Source of the DNA: Candidatus Hydrogenedentota bacterium | Lineage (GTDB): Bacteria > Hydrogenedentota > Hydrogenedentia > Hydrogenedentales > SLHB01 | Direction of reading: 5' to 3' | DNA length: 64,000 bases | NCBI GenBank assembly: GCA_963668025.2 | Contig: CAXXTH010000010.1 | Coordinates: 160,001 to 224,000, forward strand | Part shown: positions 1 through 9,931 of the stretch, in pieces | Layout: the number at the start of each line of letters is the position of its first letter | Numbering within the stretch: position 1 is the first letter of the stretch | Position numbers and translations under genes: made by a program | Notes under the pieces: model-generated | The model's database searches: none | Told to the model about the DNA's origin: nothing | What the model saw: only the letters and a program-made list of their open reading frames with translations

Positions 1-56
1 ATCCAATCGGCAAAACCCTTCAATGTGCGTGGTTCAACAAGATCGTGCTTGGCCAT
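1..56 (-). CDS. hisS: Histidyl-tRNA synthetase, N-terminal fragment (runs off the window)
   Basis: Minus strand ATG at 56 after GGAAAG reads MAKHDLVEPRTLKGFADW, matching the HisRS N-terminal motif PRTLKGFxD. Only 18 codons are visible, so HisZ is not excluded. Confidence 0.65.
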   Translation of the reverse strand, partial: MAKHDLVEPRTLKGFADW

Positions 57-373
57 GAATCTTTCCTAACGGTAACGCGCATGGGCGGGGGAAACCGTGG
101 GAACGCCTACATTCCCATCATTACGCCCCATTATGCGCAGGCGCAACGAGTCTACCACCCACCCCGCGCAAGCCGCAAATGGGAACAATCACAAAAGCGG
201 CAGCAAGCTGCCGCACTTATACCAGCCGCAAAACCATACCGGATGGCTTCATTCCCTTATTTTCCATCACCTGTATAAACTCTATTTCTGTTATTATGCA
301 TTACGCGGGCCAGATGGCTGGTGCGGCAGTTCCACATGTAAACATATGCTCAATACCAGCGTAGGGGGAATTC

Positions 374-985
374 ATGAGAATGAAGAACATTTCTATTATC
401 CTCGCCCACCCGCATACAGGGAGTTTCAACCACGCGATTGCAAAAACGGCCGCAGCCACGCTTCGGGAGTCTGGCTATGCCGTGATCGTTCATGATCTCT
501 ATACGGAGAAGTTTGATCCATTACTGCCATATGAAGAGAGCGTCCGCAATGTGGCGCTCCCTGAGGCCATTGCCCGACACTGCGAGGAGATCGCTGCCGC
601 CGATGGGCTCATCGTTGTCCATCCGAACTGGTGGGGGATGCCGCCGGCGATCATGAAAGGCTGGATCGACCGGATTCTCCGCCCAGGCGTCGCCTACCAG
701 TTTGCGGAGACAGACGCCGGGGATGGCGTCCCCGAGGGACTCCTAAAAGCGCAGGCTGCCATCGTCTTCAACACGTCCAACACCCCTGCCGTGCGTGAAC
801 ATGAGGTCTTCGGTGACCCGCTTGAACGGATCTGGAAGGATTGCATTGTATCGTTTTGCGGGATCCCGGTATGCCATCGGCGGATGTTTTCCGTCGTGGT
901 TGCCAGCAGCGAGGAAAAGCGAAGGGCTTGGCTTGACGAAGTGCGGGAGATCGTTCGAGACACGTTCCCCCCATTGTATGAATAA
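374..985 (+). CDS. Flavodoxin-fold NAD(P)H dehydrogenase (quinone), Flavodoxin_2 family
   Basis: Motifs AHPxxGSFNHA, DLY..FDP and PNWWGMPPAIMKGWIDR; GGGGG RBS. Confidence 0.9.
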   Translation: MRMKNISIILAHPHTGSFNHAIAKTAAATLRESGYAVIVHDLYTEKFDPLLPYEESVRNVALPEAIARHCEEIAAADGLIVVHPNWWGMPPAIMKGWIDRILRPGVAYQFAETDAGDGVPEGLLKAQAAIVFNTSNTPAVREHEVFGDPLERIWKDCIVSFCGIPVCHRRMFSVVVASSEEKRRAWLDEVREIVRDTFPPLYE

Positions 986-1151
986 ATCGCCTGAGGCTTG
1001 CCCCCATGGTTGTGGAAGATACCAAAATAGGTGGAAACCTTCCGCGCCCGCGAAAGATTAATCACTGAGCGCCATATAAATAGGATGTTTGCACGTATGT
1101 GCATACAAATACCATATGTATTCATGCCCATTCATCCCACGACACCATCTC

Positions 1152-1203
1152 CCGTGGCATGGGCGTCCCGCCCATGCGCATGGCCGGGACGGCCATGCCA
1201 CGG
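1152..1203. repeat. REP-like palindrome pair (CCGTGGCATGGGCGTCCCGCCCATG...CATGGCCGGGACGGCCATGCCACGG)
   Basis: Nested inverted repeats in intergenic DNA; a related half-copy CGTAGCATGGGCGTCTCGCCCATG lies at 9523-9546. Confidence 0.7.
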
Positions 1204-1330
1204 AAAATGCGTATCTCTTTTCACTTATCCGGCGATTCGGACTAATGATCCAATGGCCTAGAAGTGATTATAATCACCGAAACAGAAAAACCTTTAGGAG
1301 CGTTTGCAAATGATTGCCTATCGACACCAT

Positions 1331-2224
1331 ATGCGCGCCGCCATGGCGCTTGGTTTCTTGGCGGCCTTCGTAGCGGCCCCCGCGATGGCGGAGCTAAAGG
1401 CCCAGCCAGCGAATATTCTCTTCCATGCCATGAGCGACAAAGCCGTCATTGCACTCACCGTGGATGGCGCACCGCTGCCTGCTTCAGACATCAAAGACAT
1501 CGCGTTCATCGCCAGCGGCCATGATTACCGGGAAATGATTCAAGTAGAAAAGGCGGATGGCCAGATTACCGTATCGCCTACGGATTTTCTGCAAGTGGGA
1601 AGCTATGATCTCCGCATTACAGCGGGAGCGGAAACCGTGGATGTCGTGGCGTATGCGCCCTTGACTGAGCTGCCCGGCACACTAGAAAAACAAGCACAAG
1701 AATTGGGCATCAGCGTCGACACCCTCAAAGAACGCCTGGGGCTCACCCGCCCTCTCGGAGCCGTCCAGTTGTCTTTTGAACTGCCTGCCACTTATTTTGA
1801 AGGCCAGATGCTCTCGTTGGATTTGCCATCCAGCCCTGGGCATCATATGGAATGGACCGTGAACGGCAAAGTCGTCAAAGACGGCGAAAACGCCCATAAA
1901 CTCGATTATGTGTTCGAAAAAGCAGGCCCCTATGTAGTCACATACGTGGAATACGCCGATGGCGTAGCCTATGCCTCCGCTTCCGCGGATACGGCTGTAG
2001 TGGCCCATCCCCCCATCCCGGTCGACATCAAAGCGGGCACGACGCTCAAGCTTCAGGCTCCCGAAGGGTATCCCACGGTGGAATGGCAGATCGACGACGA
2101 GATAGCCGCCACGGGCCCCCTATTCGACAAAGCCATCAAACAGCCGACGACCGTCATCTGCGTGGCGAAAAAACCGTCTGGTGAATTCATGAATACACAA
2201 TATGACATTCGCGTGACGCCATAG
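1331..2224 (+). CDS. Secreted hypothetical protein with Ig/PKD-like beta-sandwich segments
   Basis: Signal peptide MRAAMALGFLAAFVAAPAMA; WTVNG...YVFEKAGPYVVT resembles PKD repeats. Start codon uncertain (1304-1343). Confidence 0.7.
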   Translation: MRAAMALGFLAAFVAAPAMAELKAQPANILFHAMSDKAVIALTVDGAPLPASDIKDIAFIASGHDYREMIQVEKADGQITVSPTDFLQVGSYDLRITAGAETVDVVAYAPLTELPGTLEKQAQELGISVDTLKERLGLTRPLGAVQLSFELPATYFEGQMLSLDLPSSPGHHMEWTVNGKVVKDGENAHKLDYVFEKAGPYVVTYVEYADGVAYASASADTAVVAHPPIPVDIKAGTTLKLQAPEGYPTVEWQIDDEIAATGPLFDKAIKQPTTVICVAKKPSGEFMNTQYDIRVTP

Positions 2225-2253
2225 AAGCATGGCAAATCACGCCTTTTGGCAAG

Positions 2254-2640
2254 TCAGACGGTCCCCCGCGCCTTCAAAATAAACCGAATAATATCGGTCC
2301 GGCTGATCAAGCCTGCGAGTTTGCCTTCGGACAGAATAAACACCCGGCGGAAAGGATTGTCGATCAGGCATTCACAGATATCCGTGAGACTGTCATTTTC
2401 GTCGAAAGCCACCGGGTCGTGCGTCATGACTTCACTCACCGCCACGGTGATGTCATTCGGTTCATAAAGCATCTTCAGCATATCTTTTTCGGACACAACA
2501 CCCACCAGGCGCATATCATCCGAGACAACCGGCAAGCCGGAGATATTGTTGTCAAGCAGGACTTGCATGGCTTCGAGAATAGGTGTGTTTACACGGACGC
2601 TATGAACGTCCCTCGTCATAATCGATTTTGCCTTGAACAT
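2254..2640 (-). CDS. CBS domain pair protein
   Basis: IMT...ISGLPVV...LVGVVSEKD and VSEVMT...GLISRTD motifs; GGAGG RBS. Confidence 0.92.
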   Translation of the reverse strand: MFKAKSIMTRDVHSVRVNTPILEAMQVLLDNNISGLPVVSDDMRLVGVVSEKDMLKMLYEPNDITVAVSEVMTHDPVAFDENDSLTDICECLIDNPFRRVFILSEGKLAGLISRTDIIRFILKARGTV

Positions 2641-2710
2641 GCTGCTCGCTCCTCCTTCCCCCCCAAGAGATCAATAGCGCCGCGCACTTCCCTCAGCTCT
2701 GATTATGATT

Positions 2711-3487
2711 CTACCATTTTTTGCGCACGGGCACTCCTGCTTGGGCTAGTTCATCTTTAATGGCTTGAATGGTGTAATGGCCTGTATGGACCATGCTGGC
2801 GATGATCGCGGCGTCCGCATGGGCTTGCTGGAACACGTCTATGAGGTGCTGGGGCGTGCCCGCGCCGCCGGACGCCACCACGGGGATGCCCACTTTCGTG
2901 GCGATAAGCCCCGTGAGCGCAAGCTCGAAGCCTTCCCGCGTGCCATCCGCATCGACGGAGTTGACGACTATTTCGCCCACGCCCAGTTCTTCCGCGCGCA
3001 GCGCCCACTCGAGGGCGTCCATGCCGGTGCGCTGGCGGAATCCGCGCGTGGTAATTTCGTAGCCGCTCGGGCATGCGGGATTATCCGTTTGGACGGGGTC
3101 CATGCCCAGCACCACATTCTGGCAGCCCAAGGCGCGCGACATGTCACGGATGATCGCGGGATTATCCACGGCAAGCGAATTGACCGACACCTTCTCGGCC
3201 CCCGCGCCGAGCACGTTATACATATCCTCGATGGTCTTGAGCCCGCCGCCCACCGCGAAGGGGATATGGATCACTTTGCCGATCTCGCGGACCATCTCGA
3301 TGTCGATAGGCCGCCCCTCCGCCGAAGCGGTGATATCATAAAACACCAGCTCATCCGCGCCGCCATCGCTGTACGCCACGGCCATTTCGATGGGATCGCC
3401 CAGATCGATGTTGTTCTGAAACTTGACGCCCTTGGTGACTTTCCGGTTGCGAATGTCCAAGCAAGGAATGATGCGTTTTGTCAGCAT
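2711..3487 (-). CDS. hisF: Imidazole glycerol phosphate synthase, cyclase subunit
   Basis: MLTKRIIPCLD, GADELVFYDITAS, DADGTREGF, PVVASGGAG; start overlaps the hisH stop. Confidence 0.97.
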   Translation of the reverse strand: MLTKRIIPCLDIRNRKVTKGVKFQNNIDLGDPIEMAVAYSDGGADELVFYDITASAEGRPIDIEMVREIGKVIHIPFAVGGGLKTIEDMYNVLGAGAEKVSVNSLAVDNPAIIRDMSRALGCQNVVLGMDPVQTDNPACPSGYEITTRGFRQRTGMDALEWALRAEELGVGEIVVNSVDADGTREGFELALTGLIATKVGIPVVASGGAGTPQHLIDVFQQAHADAAIIASMVHTGHYTIQAIKDELAQAGVPVRKKW

Positions 3488-4104
3488 GTTCCGTCCCATG
3501 CGCTGAAATTTCTCAGCAGGTTGAGTCCAATACGGCCCGAACGCTCCGGATGAAATTGGGTGGCCACTACATTGCGCTCTCCCACCACGGCGGCAAAGCA
3601 CGCATCCGCGTATTCCGTCTCGCCTATGGTAAGCGCGCGGTCTGCAGGTGACGGGTAGTAGCTGTGAACGAAGTAAAACTCGCTGTTATCCTCGATGCCG
3701 TCAAAAACCGGGTGATGCCGGGCCAAGCGCACGGTATTCCAGCCCATTTGAGGCACTTTGTGAAGAGGGTCCGCCGGCCGGAATCGCCGCACTTGTCCAT
3801 GCACCAGCCCAAGACAATCCACACCGCCATCTTCTTCCGAATGATCAAACAGCACCTGCATGCCCATGCAGATTCCAAGAAACGGCGTGCCACGCTTCAC
3901 AACGGCATGCAACGGCTCAACGAGCCCAAGCTCCGCTAGATTGCGCATAGACGAACCCGCCGCGCCTACGCCGGGGAAAATCACCCGGTCCGCATCCAGA
4001 ATTTGGGCGGCGTCTTGCGTGATGCAAGCGGGCGCCCCGAGAGCCTCAAGGGCAAGGCGCACGCTTACAAGATTGCCTGCACGGTAATCGACAATCGCTA
4101 TCAC
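3481..4104 (-). CDS. hisH: Imidazole glycerol phosphate synthase, glutaminase subunit
   Basis: IVDYRAGNL, FPGVGA, LGICMGMQ, YFVHSY, QFHPERSG; GTG start after GGAGG. Confidence 0.97.
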   Translation of the reverse strand: MIAIVDYRAGNLVSVRLALEALGAPACITQDAAQILDADRVIFPGVGAAGSSMRNLAELGLVEPLHAVVKRGTPFLGICMGMQVLFDHSEEDGGVDCLGLVHGQVRRFRPADPLHKVPQMGWNTVRLARHHPVFDGIEDNSEFYFVHSYYPSPADRALTIGETEYADACFAAVVGERNVVATQFHPERSGRIGLNLLRNFSAWDGTC

Positions 4105-4259
4105 AAATCATCCTCCAGAAAACACCATTGGCTGATCCTAACGCATGAGCCAAGCTCGAAGCAAAGCCTCCGTCTATAGTGTTTTTATGCATGCTTTATG
4201 CGAGCAACTCAGCGGGATTTTGGCAAAATCGTAGAAGAACGATATGCAAGAAGCCGGTA

Positions 4260-4955
4260 TTACCGCGCCATTTCCTCGATAATGGCCACGCCCGAACTCG
4301 TTCCGATGCGCGACGCCCCGGCTTCAATCATCTGTAGGGCGTCCGCATACGAACGGATGCCGCCCGCGGCCTTGACTCCTAGGCGTTCGCCTACCGTGCG
4401 CCGCATCAGCTCCACATCCTCAATCGTCGCGCCGCAAGGGCCATACCCCGTGGAAGTTTTCACGAAAACCGCGCCCGCCCGCATGCTCATCTCGCATACG
4501 CTGATTTTTTCTTCCGTCGACAGGAAGCCGGTCTCGATAATGGCCTTCACCGGCGCATGGCCCGAGGCTTGGACTACGGCGGCGATCTCACGGCGCACAA
4601 AATCGGGATACCCCGACTTGATCGCGCCAATGTTGATGACCATGTCGATCTCCGTCGCGCCGCTGGCCACCGCTTCACGCGCCTCCGCGACTTTTACGGC
4701 GGCGGTATTGCCCCCAAGGGGAAAACCGACGCAGGCCCCGATACCCACACCGGAACCCGATAAGCGCTTGGCGCAAAATGAAACCCATACTGGCAAAACG
4801 GAAACCGTGATAAATCCATACCGTACGGCTTCATCGCAGAGCTGGGCGATTTCGCGCTGGGAGGCATTGGCGCGCAGATGGGTGTGTTCAATAAGCCTGG
4901 CGAATTGGGCGCGCGTCAGCGTGCTTGCCAGTTGTGCAAGTTGGGACGTATTCAC
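4260..4955 (-). CDS. deoC: Deoxyribose-phosphate aldolase
   Basis: VGFPLG, EIDMVINIG, KAIIETG, FVKTSTG, VKAAGGIR, RIGTSSG. GTG start at 4955 chosen from the RBS. Confidence 0.95.
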   Translation of the reverse strand: MNTSQLAQLASTLTRAQFARLIEHTHLRANASQREIAQLCDEAVRYGFITVSVLPVWVSFCAKRLSGSGVGIGACVGFPLGGNTAAVKVAEAREAVASGATEIDMVINIGAIKSGYPDFVRREIAAVVQASGHAPVKAIIETGFLSTEEKISVCEMSMRAGAVFVKTSTGYGPCGATIEDVELMRRTVGERLGVKAAGGIRSYADALQMIEAGASRIGTSSGVAIIEEMAR

Positions 4956-5158
4956 TATTCCTTGTACCTCTAGGCCCGGCAATAAATATATATGGTATCA
5001 TGCCATGCACTGCAAGACAATGAATACCCTTTTTTTTGCAATGCTAAACCGCGAAGCCTTCTCAGCGTCGCATTGCGGGCCGCGTTGGAGTCACCACTCA
5101 CAAACATAAAGGGCCAGTTGCTCGCTGGCCCTTGGAGCGTTTGCATTATAAAGGCTGA

Positions 5159-6013
5159 TTATTCAGCCGTTTTTACTTCCGCTGGCGCTTTATTGATCTC
5201 CGCGAACTGCGCGCGCATATCTTCCGCGCGCTTCTCGAGCCGCGCGGCGCGTTTAACTTTGCCCAGCTTGGCATACATCGCCGCCTGGGCGCTCAGGCGA
5301 AGCGCCACATCGGGATGGGACTCGCCGACGGTCTTGTCCTGAATAAGCTCCGCTTGCTTGAGAAGCGGCTCCGCTTCGGCGGCTCGATCTTGGTTCACGT
5401 ATAACGCACCGAGATTAATCAACGTTGTGGCCAGATACGGGTGCCAGCGGCGTTGATGGCGCTGATGAAGATCGATGGCGCGCTTCAACAATTCTTCCGC
5501 TTCCACATATTCAGCGCGCTTATTGTGAATAAGCGCCATGCCGTTCAATCCCCGGCAGACTTCGATATTCTGTTGGTCGCTCTCATTGATTTTTAGGCTT
5601 CGGCGATATTCCTGCTCGGCCTTGGCGGGATCGCCTGTAACAAAATAGAGATCGCCCAGATTGTTCAGCGTGCAAGGAATCCAGCGGCTTTCTTTTCCGA
5701 GCGCTTGTTCTTTCAAGGAAAGAGCGCACAGCAGAAATTTCTCCGAACTCTCATAATCTTGCAACGCCATGCAATTCAAGCCCAAGGTATCGAGATTCGA
5801 CGCTAGGCGATGGGCTTCCGATTCATCCCGGCAGTATTCCGCTTTGGCCGTTTGCAAGATGGTATCCGCATCGCGATATTCGCCTGCCCGAAAATTATCC
5901 TGCCCTTGGTAATAATACGACACCCACAAATTCAATTCGGCTTGCGCGGTGGCGCAACACAGCACACCGCACAGCATTCCGATGGCCACCGCATGGAACG
6001 TCCGCCTGCTCAT
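5159..6013 (-). CDS. Secreted tetratricopeptide-repeat protein (TPR_10/12 type)
   Basis: Signal peptide followed by repeats such as TLNNLGDLY, GLNGMALIH, TLINLGALY, HPDVA. Confidence 0.88.
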   Translation of the reverse strand: MSRRTFHAVAIGMLCGVLCCATAQAELNLWVSYYYQGQDNFRAGEYRDADTILQTAKAEYCRDESEAHRLASNLDTLGLNCMALQDYESSEKFLLCALSLKEQALGKESRWIPCTLNNLGDLYFVTGDPAKAEQEYRRSLKINESDQQNIEVCRGLNGMALIHNKRAEYVEAEELLKRAIDLHQRHQRRWHPYLATTLINLGALYVNQDRAAEAEPLLKQAELIQDKTVGESHPDVALRLSAQAAMYAKLGKVKRAARLEKRAEDMRAQFAEINKAPAEVKTAE

Positions 6014-6350
6014 GCCAAGACCCCTCTCCTGTTTGCCGGCATCCCCCGGCCCAGTCCTCGATCGGCCGCCGTTCAATCGTGCAAAGCGCATGCCGCGCGA
6101 AGCGCTACGGCACCCTTTGCTTCATTGCTAATGAGCATAGCGCTTCTCGATCTCTTTGTCAACAATAAGCGCACCACAACCTTTTTGTTCACAGGACATT
6201 GGCCATTTCAACTTCAAAACTAAGAGGTAGAAAAATGTAGCGGAATAGCGGCGCTTTGTGTATACTGCGCGTGGAGTTTCGTATCAGAAACGGGGTGGCG
6301 CGCCCGCCTGTATTCAAGAGGGCGGATGCGCCAAATGTGGAGAGAGAACC

Positions 6351-6980
6351 ATGAAAGCCACGAAAACGGTGCATGGTGTTATTCTGGCGGGGATGCTGGC
6401 GGCGCTCGTGATGCTGCCTGCTTTCGCGGAGGACTGTAACGACTGCCCATCGAAGGCGAATCCCGCGGATTCCCGTTATTGCGAATGCGGCTGGGTGGCC
6501 ATCTCGGTATCCAATGACGCACCGGTGTGGTGGGGCAATCAAGGCAAAGCCTACGGCGCCTACCTGGAATTTGCTAAAGCAGAGATCCCCGAGCCGCTGC
6601 CGGACGCCGGCCTGCCGAAATTCGCACCCATCTATTTTGATCTAGACAAGTCCGTCCTGCGGCCAGATGGCGTTAAGACCGCCGAACAGGTGTTGGCTTA
6701 TCTGACGGCCCACCCCAAAAAAGTGGCCCGCATCGAGGGCAATTGCTGTGACCTTGCGCCCAATGACTACAATATGAAGCTGGGCATGCGCCGCGCCGAG
6801 GCCGTCAAAAAGTATCTCGTCGAGCATGGCATCGCCGCCGAGCGCATCCAAACCACCAGCTTCGGAGAAGAACGGCGCGTCACCACTGACCTCAAAGAAC
6901 GCCCGTTGAACCGCCGCGCGGATGTCATCGCGGAAAAAGGCGCACCTGACACAGCGCCTGAACTAGCAGAAGACGAATAG
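6351..6980 (+). CDS. OmpA/Pal-like peptidoglycan-binding protein
   Basis: Signal peptide; IYFDLDKSVL, IEGNCC, YNMKLGMRRAEAVKKYL, SFGEE, NRRAD. Cys-rich N-terminal segment. Confidence 0.9.
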   Translation: MKATKTVHGVILAGMLAALVMLPAFAEDCNDCPSKANPADSRYCECGWVAISVSNDAPVWWGNQGKAYGAYLEFAKAEIPEPLPDAGLPKFAPIYFDLDKSVLRPDGVKTAEQVLAYLTAHPKKVARIEGNCCDLAPNDYNMKLGMRRAEAVKKYLVEHGIAAERIQTTSFGEERRVTTDLKERPLNRRADVIAEKGAPDTAPELAEDE

Positions 6981-7116
6981 CCAGTTCTGAATTGGCCTGC
7001 ATTTTATGTGCGCTTCAGCGAAAAAGCTGAAGCGCATTTGCTTTTTAACGCAAGGATATGCACGATCAAGGGGATTCTGCTGTAGAAATCACTTAGGCAA
7101 CACGTGAGAAAAAAAG

Positions 7117-8415
7117 ATGGATTTATCCCGTTTAGCAAAAGCCCTCGATCAAGCGCGCAGTCCATCGGGTGGGCGCTTGATTCAAGCATGCCACATTGGA
7201 ACGGATGCGGCGGCCCAGCTCGCCCGATTCGCTCGAGAAAACCTAGGCTCTTCTTGTTTTATTTTGTCGGACGAGAATACGCGCGCGGCGGCGGGCGACA
7301 CCGTGCATGCCGCGCTGGGGGCCGTGGGCAAGCGCCTATCCGAACGCATGTACGGCTCCGCTCCGCTGGACGCCACGGATGTGCTGGGAAATGAAGTGGC
7401 GAAAACCGCACAGGATTCGGATTTCCTAGTGGCCATTGGCTCAGGCGCATTATGCGATCTGGCTAAATACGCGGGCGATCAATTGAAAAAACCCGTCCTG
7501 CTGTTCGCCACGGCGGCCTCGATGAACGGCTACACTTCCGGCATCGTCGCATTGAAGTCCAATGGACTAAAAGGCACCTCACCGTGCCGCCCCGCGACTG
7601 CGGTGTTCGCCGATCCCGGGCTTGTGGCTAAAGCCCCGCGCGCAATGGCTGCTGCAGGCGTCGCCGATTATCTTTCCAAGTGCTCCGCCTCGGCGGACTG
7701 GCGCGCGGCGCATTTCTTGCGCGGCGACCATTTTGATGAATCCGCGCTTCAATTCTATGAAGGCGTGCTGGACGGCATCCTGGAAGGCGCGGAAAGAGTA
7801 GGGCATGGCGAACCCGAAGCGGTGGCGGATGTGCTCGAAGCGCTCATGTTATCGGGATTATCCATGCTCATAGCAGGTTCTTCTTCCCCCGCCTCTGGCG
7901 GCGAACACCTGATCTCACATTATCTTGATATGAAATCCGCCTTATACGGCACCCCGCATGATCTGCATGGGGCCCAAGTCGGCGTCGCCACCATATACTG
8001 CCTGGATCTATGGGAGCAAGTGCTATCCCTTGATCCCATGGAGATCAATCCGCACGCTCTCGCCCATAATCACCTTTCTTTTGAAGAGATCGAGGCGCTC
8101 ATGCGCCATGAATGGGGCTCCGTGGCGGATGTGGTGCTAGACCAATGGCGCGCGAAAGAACTGAAACGGCCCGAATTAGAAGCGGAGCTCCGCCGCGTGC
8201 GGGATCATCACGCCATGCTGGTTCAACAGGTGCGCACCGAGCTCTTGTCCGCCGTCGAGGTGGCTACCACCATTTACGCGGCGGGAGGCCCCACCAGCGC
8301 CCGGGAACTCGCGGCTTCTTTAGAAGATTATAGTAATGCGATGCGCTTCGGGCGCTTTATTCGCAACCGCTTCACTATCTTGGATTTGGCTGCGGAGTTG
8401 GGACTCACTTCATGA
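7117..8415 (+). CDS. sn-glycerol-1-phosphate dehydrogenase (EgsA/AraM-like)
   Basis: IGSGALCDLAKY, TAASMNGYTS, PASGGEHLISH and LHGAQVG metal-binding motifs. Confidence 0.85.
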   Translation: MDLSRLAKALDQARSPSGGRLIQACHIGTDAAAQLARFARENLGSSCFILSDENTRAAAGDTVHAALGAVGKRLSERMYGSAPLDATDVLGNEVAKTAQDSDFLVAIGSGALCDLAKYAGDQLKKPVLLFATAASMNGYTSGIVALKSNGLKGTSPCRPATAVFADPGLVAKAPRAMAAAGVADYLSKCSASADWRAAHFLRGDHFDESALQFYEGVLDGILEGAERVGHGEPEAVADVLEALMLSGLSMLIAGSSSPASGGEHLISHYLDMKSALYGTPHDLHGAQVGVATIYCLDLWEQVLSLDPMEINPHALAHNHLSFEEIEALMRHEWGSVADVVLDQWRAKELKRPELEAELRRVRDHHAMLVQQVRTELLSAVEVATTIYAAGGPTSARELAASLEDYSNAMRFGRFIRNRFTILDLAAELGLTS

Positions 8416-9404
8416 TCGCTGGATTCGTATTCATACTGGCCGCACTCGGACAATCGCCGGAAACACGCATTCCGGCCCTTCTCGAGAGCGATCCGGAACT
8501 ACTGGCGCAGCATCGGACCTACATGGCGCTGGTTCAATCGCCAGTGGGAGGCAAAGGCTTGGCGGTTTCAGAACGGGGCTATGTCGCACTGCTGTCTTCA
8601 CCGGAATTCGAGAACCTGACGAAGGCCATGAACGCCGTTCTGGAAAAACACCCCCAAATGGCGAAAGCCGTGGAACGATTCAACGAGACGCTGGAACAGC
8701 ATCCAGAAATCGAAAACTCCCTCGACACCTTAAAAAAATGGCGGCAAACCCATCCGGGCGAACAAGCCGATTTGTCATCCATCATTAATGACTTAGCATC
8801 CCAAAACAAAAGCCTTCCAGGCGCCCAAGGGCCTGCTGCTGCTATGCTGGAAAAACACCCGGAACTGCGCAGTTTGCTCACTAATCTATCCAGCGGCCTC
8901 GGAGAGGACGCCCAAGCGCGGCAAGGGCTTCAGGGATGGTGGGAAACGATGGGCGCGTTGCGCGGCGGAGGCATGGGCGCACAAACACCGGGAGAGCTTC
9001 TCGCGCAGCCAAACGCCGCGCTGGCGAAGCTGCTAATGGAGCAAGCCGGAAAAGTGGCTCAAGCCATGGAACCAGAAACCCAATGGCTGCAAGACTGGCA
9101 TGACCGTATTCGCAAAGATCCCGAACTGGGTGTGGCATATTGGCAATACGTCGATTATGCGCTGCACCATCCGCAAGCGGCGCGCACCACGGAATTGGGC
9201 TGGAAAACCCAATTCGGAGCCTCGCCACAATGGCCGCCCAGCGATTTATCGGCATCGCAATCCGAAGACACTTCCGAGGCCAGCAAGTCCGCATCAGACA
9301 AAAGCAAAAGCGCCTCCCGCCGCCAGCGGCCCGATAAACCGAAATGGCCTTCCATCCAGCGCCCCACCGCACCCACCCGCCCCAAACGCCCGACAGCGGA
9401 GTGA
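8412..9404 (+). CDS. Hypothetical helical protein with N-terminal signal and Pro/Ser/Arg-rich tail
   Basis: 330-aa ORF with ATGA overlap on the upstream stop; hydrophobic N-terminus; no recognisable family. Confidence 0.7.
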   Translation: MIAGFVFILAALGQSPETRIPALLESDPELLAQHRTYMALVQSPVGGKGLAVSERGYVALLSSPEFENLTKAMNAVLEKHPQMAKAVERFNETLEQHPEIENSLDTLKKWRQTHPGEQADLSSIINDLASQNKSLPGAQGPAAAMLEKHPELRSLLTNLSSGLGEDAQARQGLQGWWETMGALRGGGMGAQTPGELLAQPNAALAKLLMEQAGKVAQAMEPETQWLQDWHDRIRKDPELGVAYWQYVDYALHHPQAARTTELGWKTQFGASPQWPPSDLSASQSEDTSEASKSASDKSKSASRRQRPDKPKWPSIQRPTAPTRPKRPTAE

Positions 9405-9550
9405 AGCGGCATGGCCGCAACCAAACAGCCCGCTTTTTTAACCGCGAATAAACGCGAATGAATCATCTCGATATAGTTTCAAGGGAATTGTGCTTTGCGT
9501 GGCGTGCTACTTGAGTTTTACTCGTAGCATGGGCGTCTCGCCCATGTCTT

Positions 9551-9681
9551 AGGGTGCAGGGTCTAGGGTTTAGGGTCTAGCCAAACGCCCCCAAGACCCT
9601 AAACCCAAGACCCTAAACCCAAGACCCTAAACCCAAGACCCTAAACCCAAGACCCTAAACCCAAGACCCTAAACACTAAAC
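9551..9681. repeat. Telomere-like heptamer array: 4 AGGGTNN units, then 6 perfect copies of CCAAGACCCTAAAC (9591-9674)
   Basis: Read directly from the sequence; the two arms are reverse-complementary in motif. Confidence 0.95.
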
Positions 9682-9864
9682 GCCTTTGCGTGAGCCCTCT
9701 TTCCCATGGCCCCTCACGCCAAATACATCTCATATCCGCATCTATTTCCAAATGGTGGTTTTTCAATTATAAAATCCACCAATACGTAGGAAATTGGGTT
9801 ATGCGGAGCGCATAAAACTCCAAAAAACCGTGTAATGCCTGCTTGATCTGGAGCACAAATCAAT

Positions 9865-9880
9865 TGGCACACAGCTTGCT
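9865..9880 (+). promoter_or_regulatory. Sigma54 -24/-12 promoter for the EAL gene
   Basis: TGGCAC-ACAGC-TTGCT matches the TGGCAC-N5-TTGC consensus, ~50 bp upstream of the start. Confidence 0.85.
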
Positions 9881-9931
9881 ATATGGTTTTTTGTACCCTA
9901 TCCCCATATGCGTATGCTGGAAGGTGGAATA

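Noticed and set aside
9591-9674. Possible CRISPR array
   Set aside because: The 14-bp units are contiguous with no unique spacers, and no cas genes are present.
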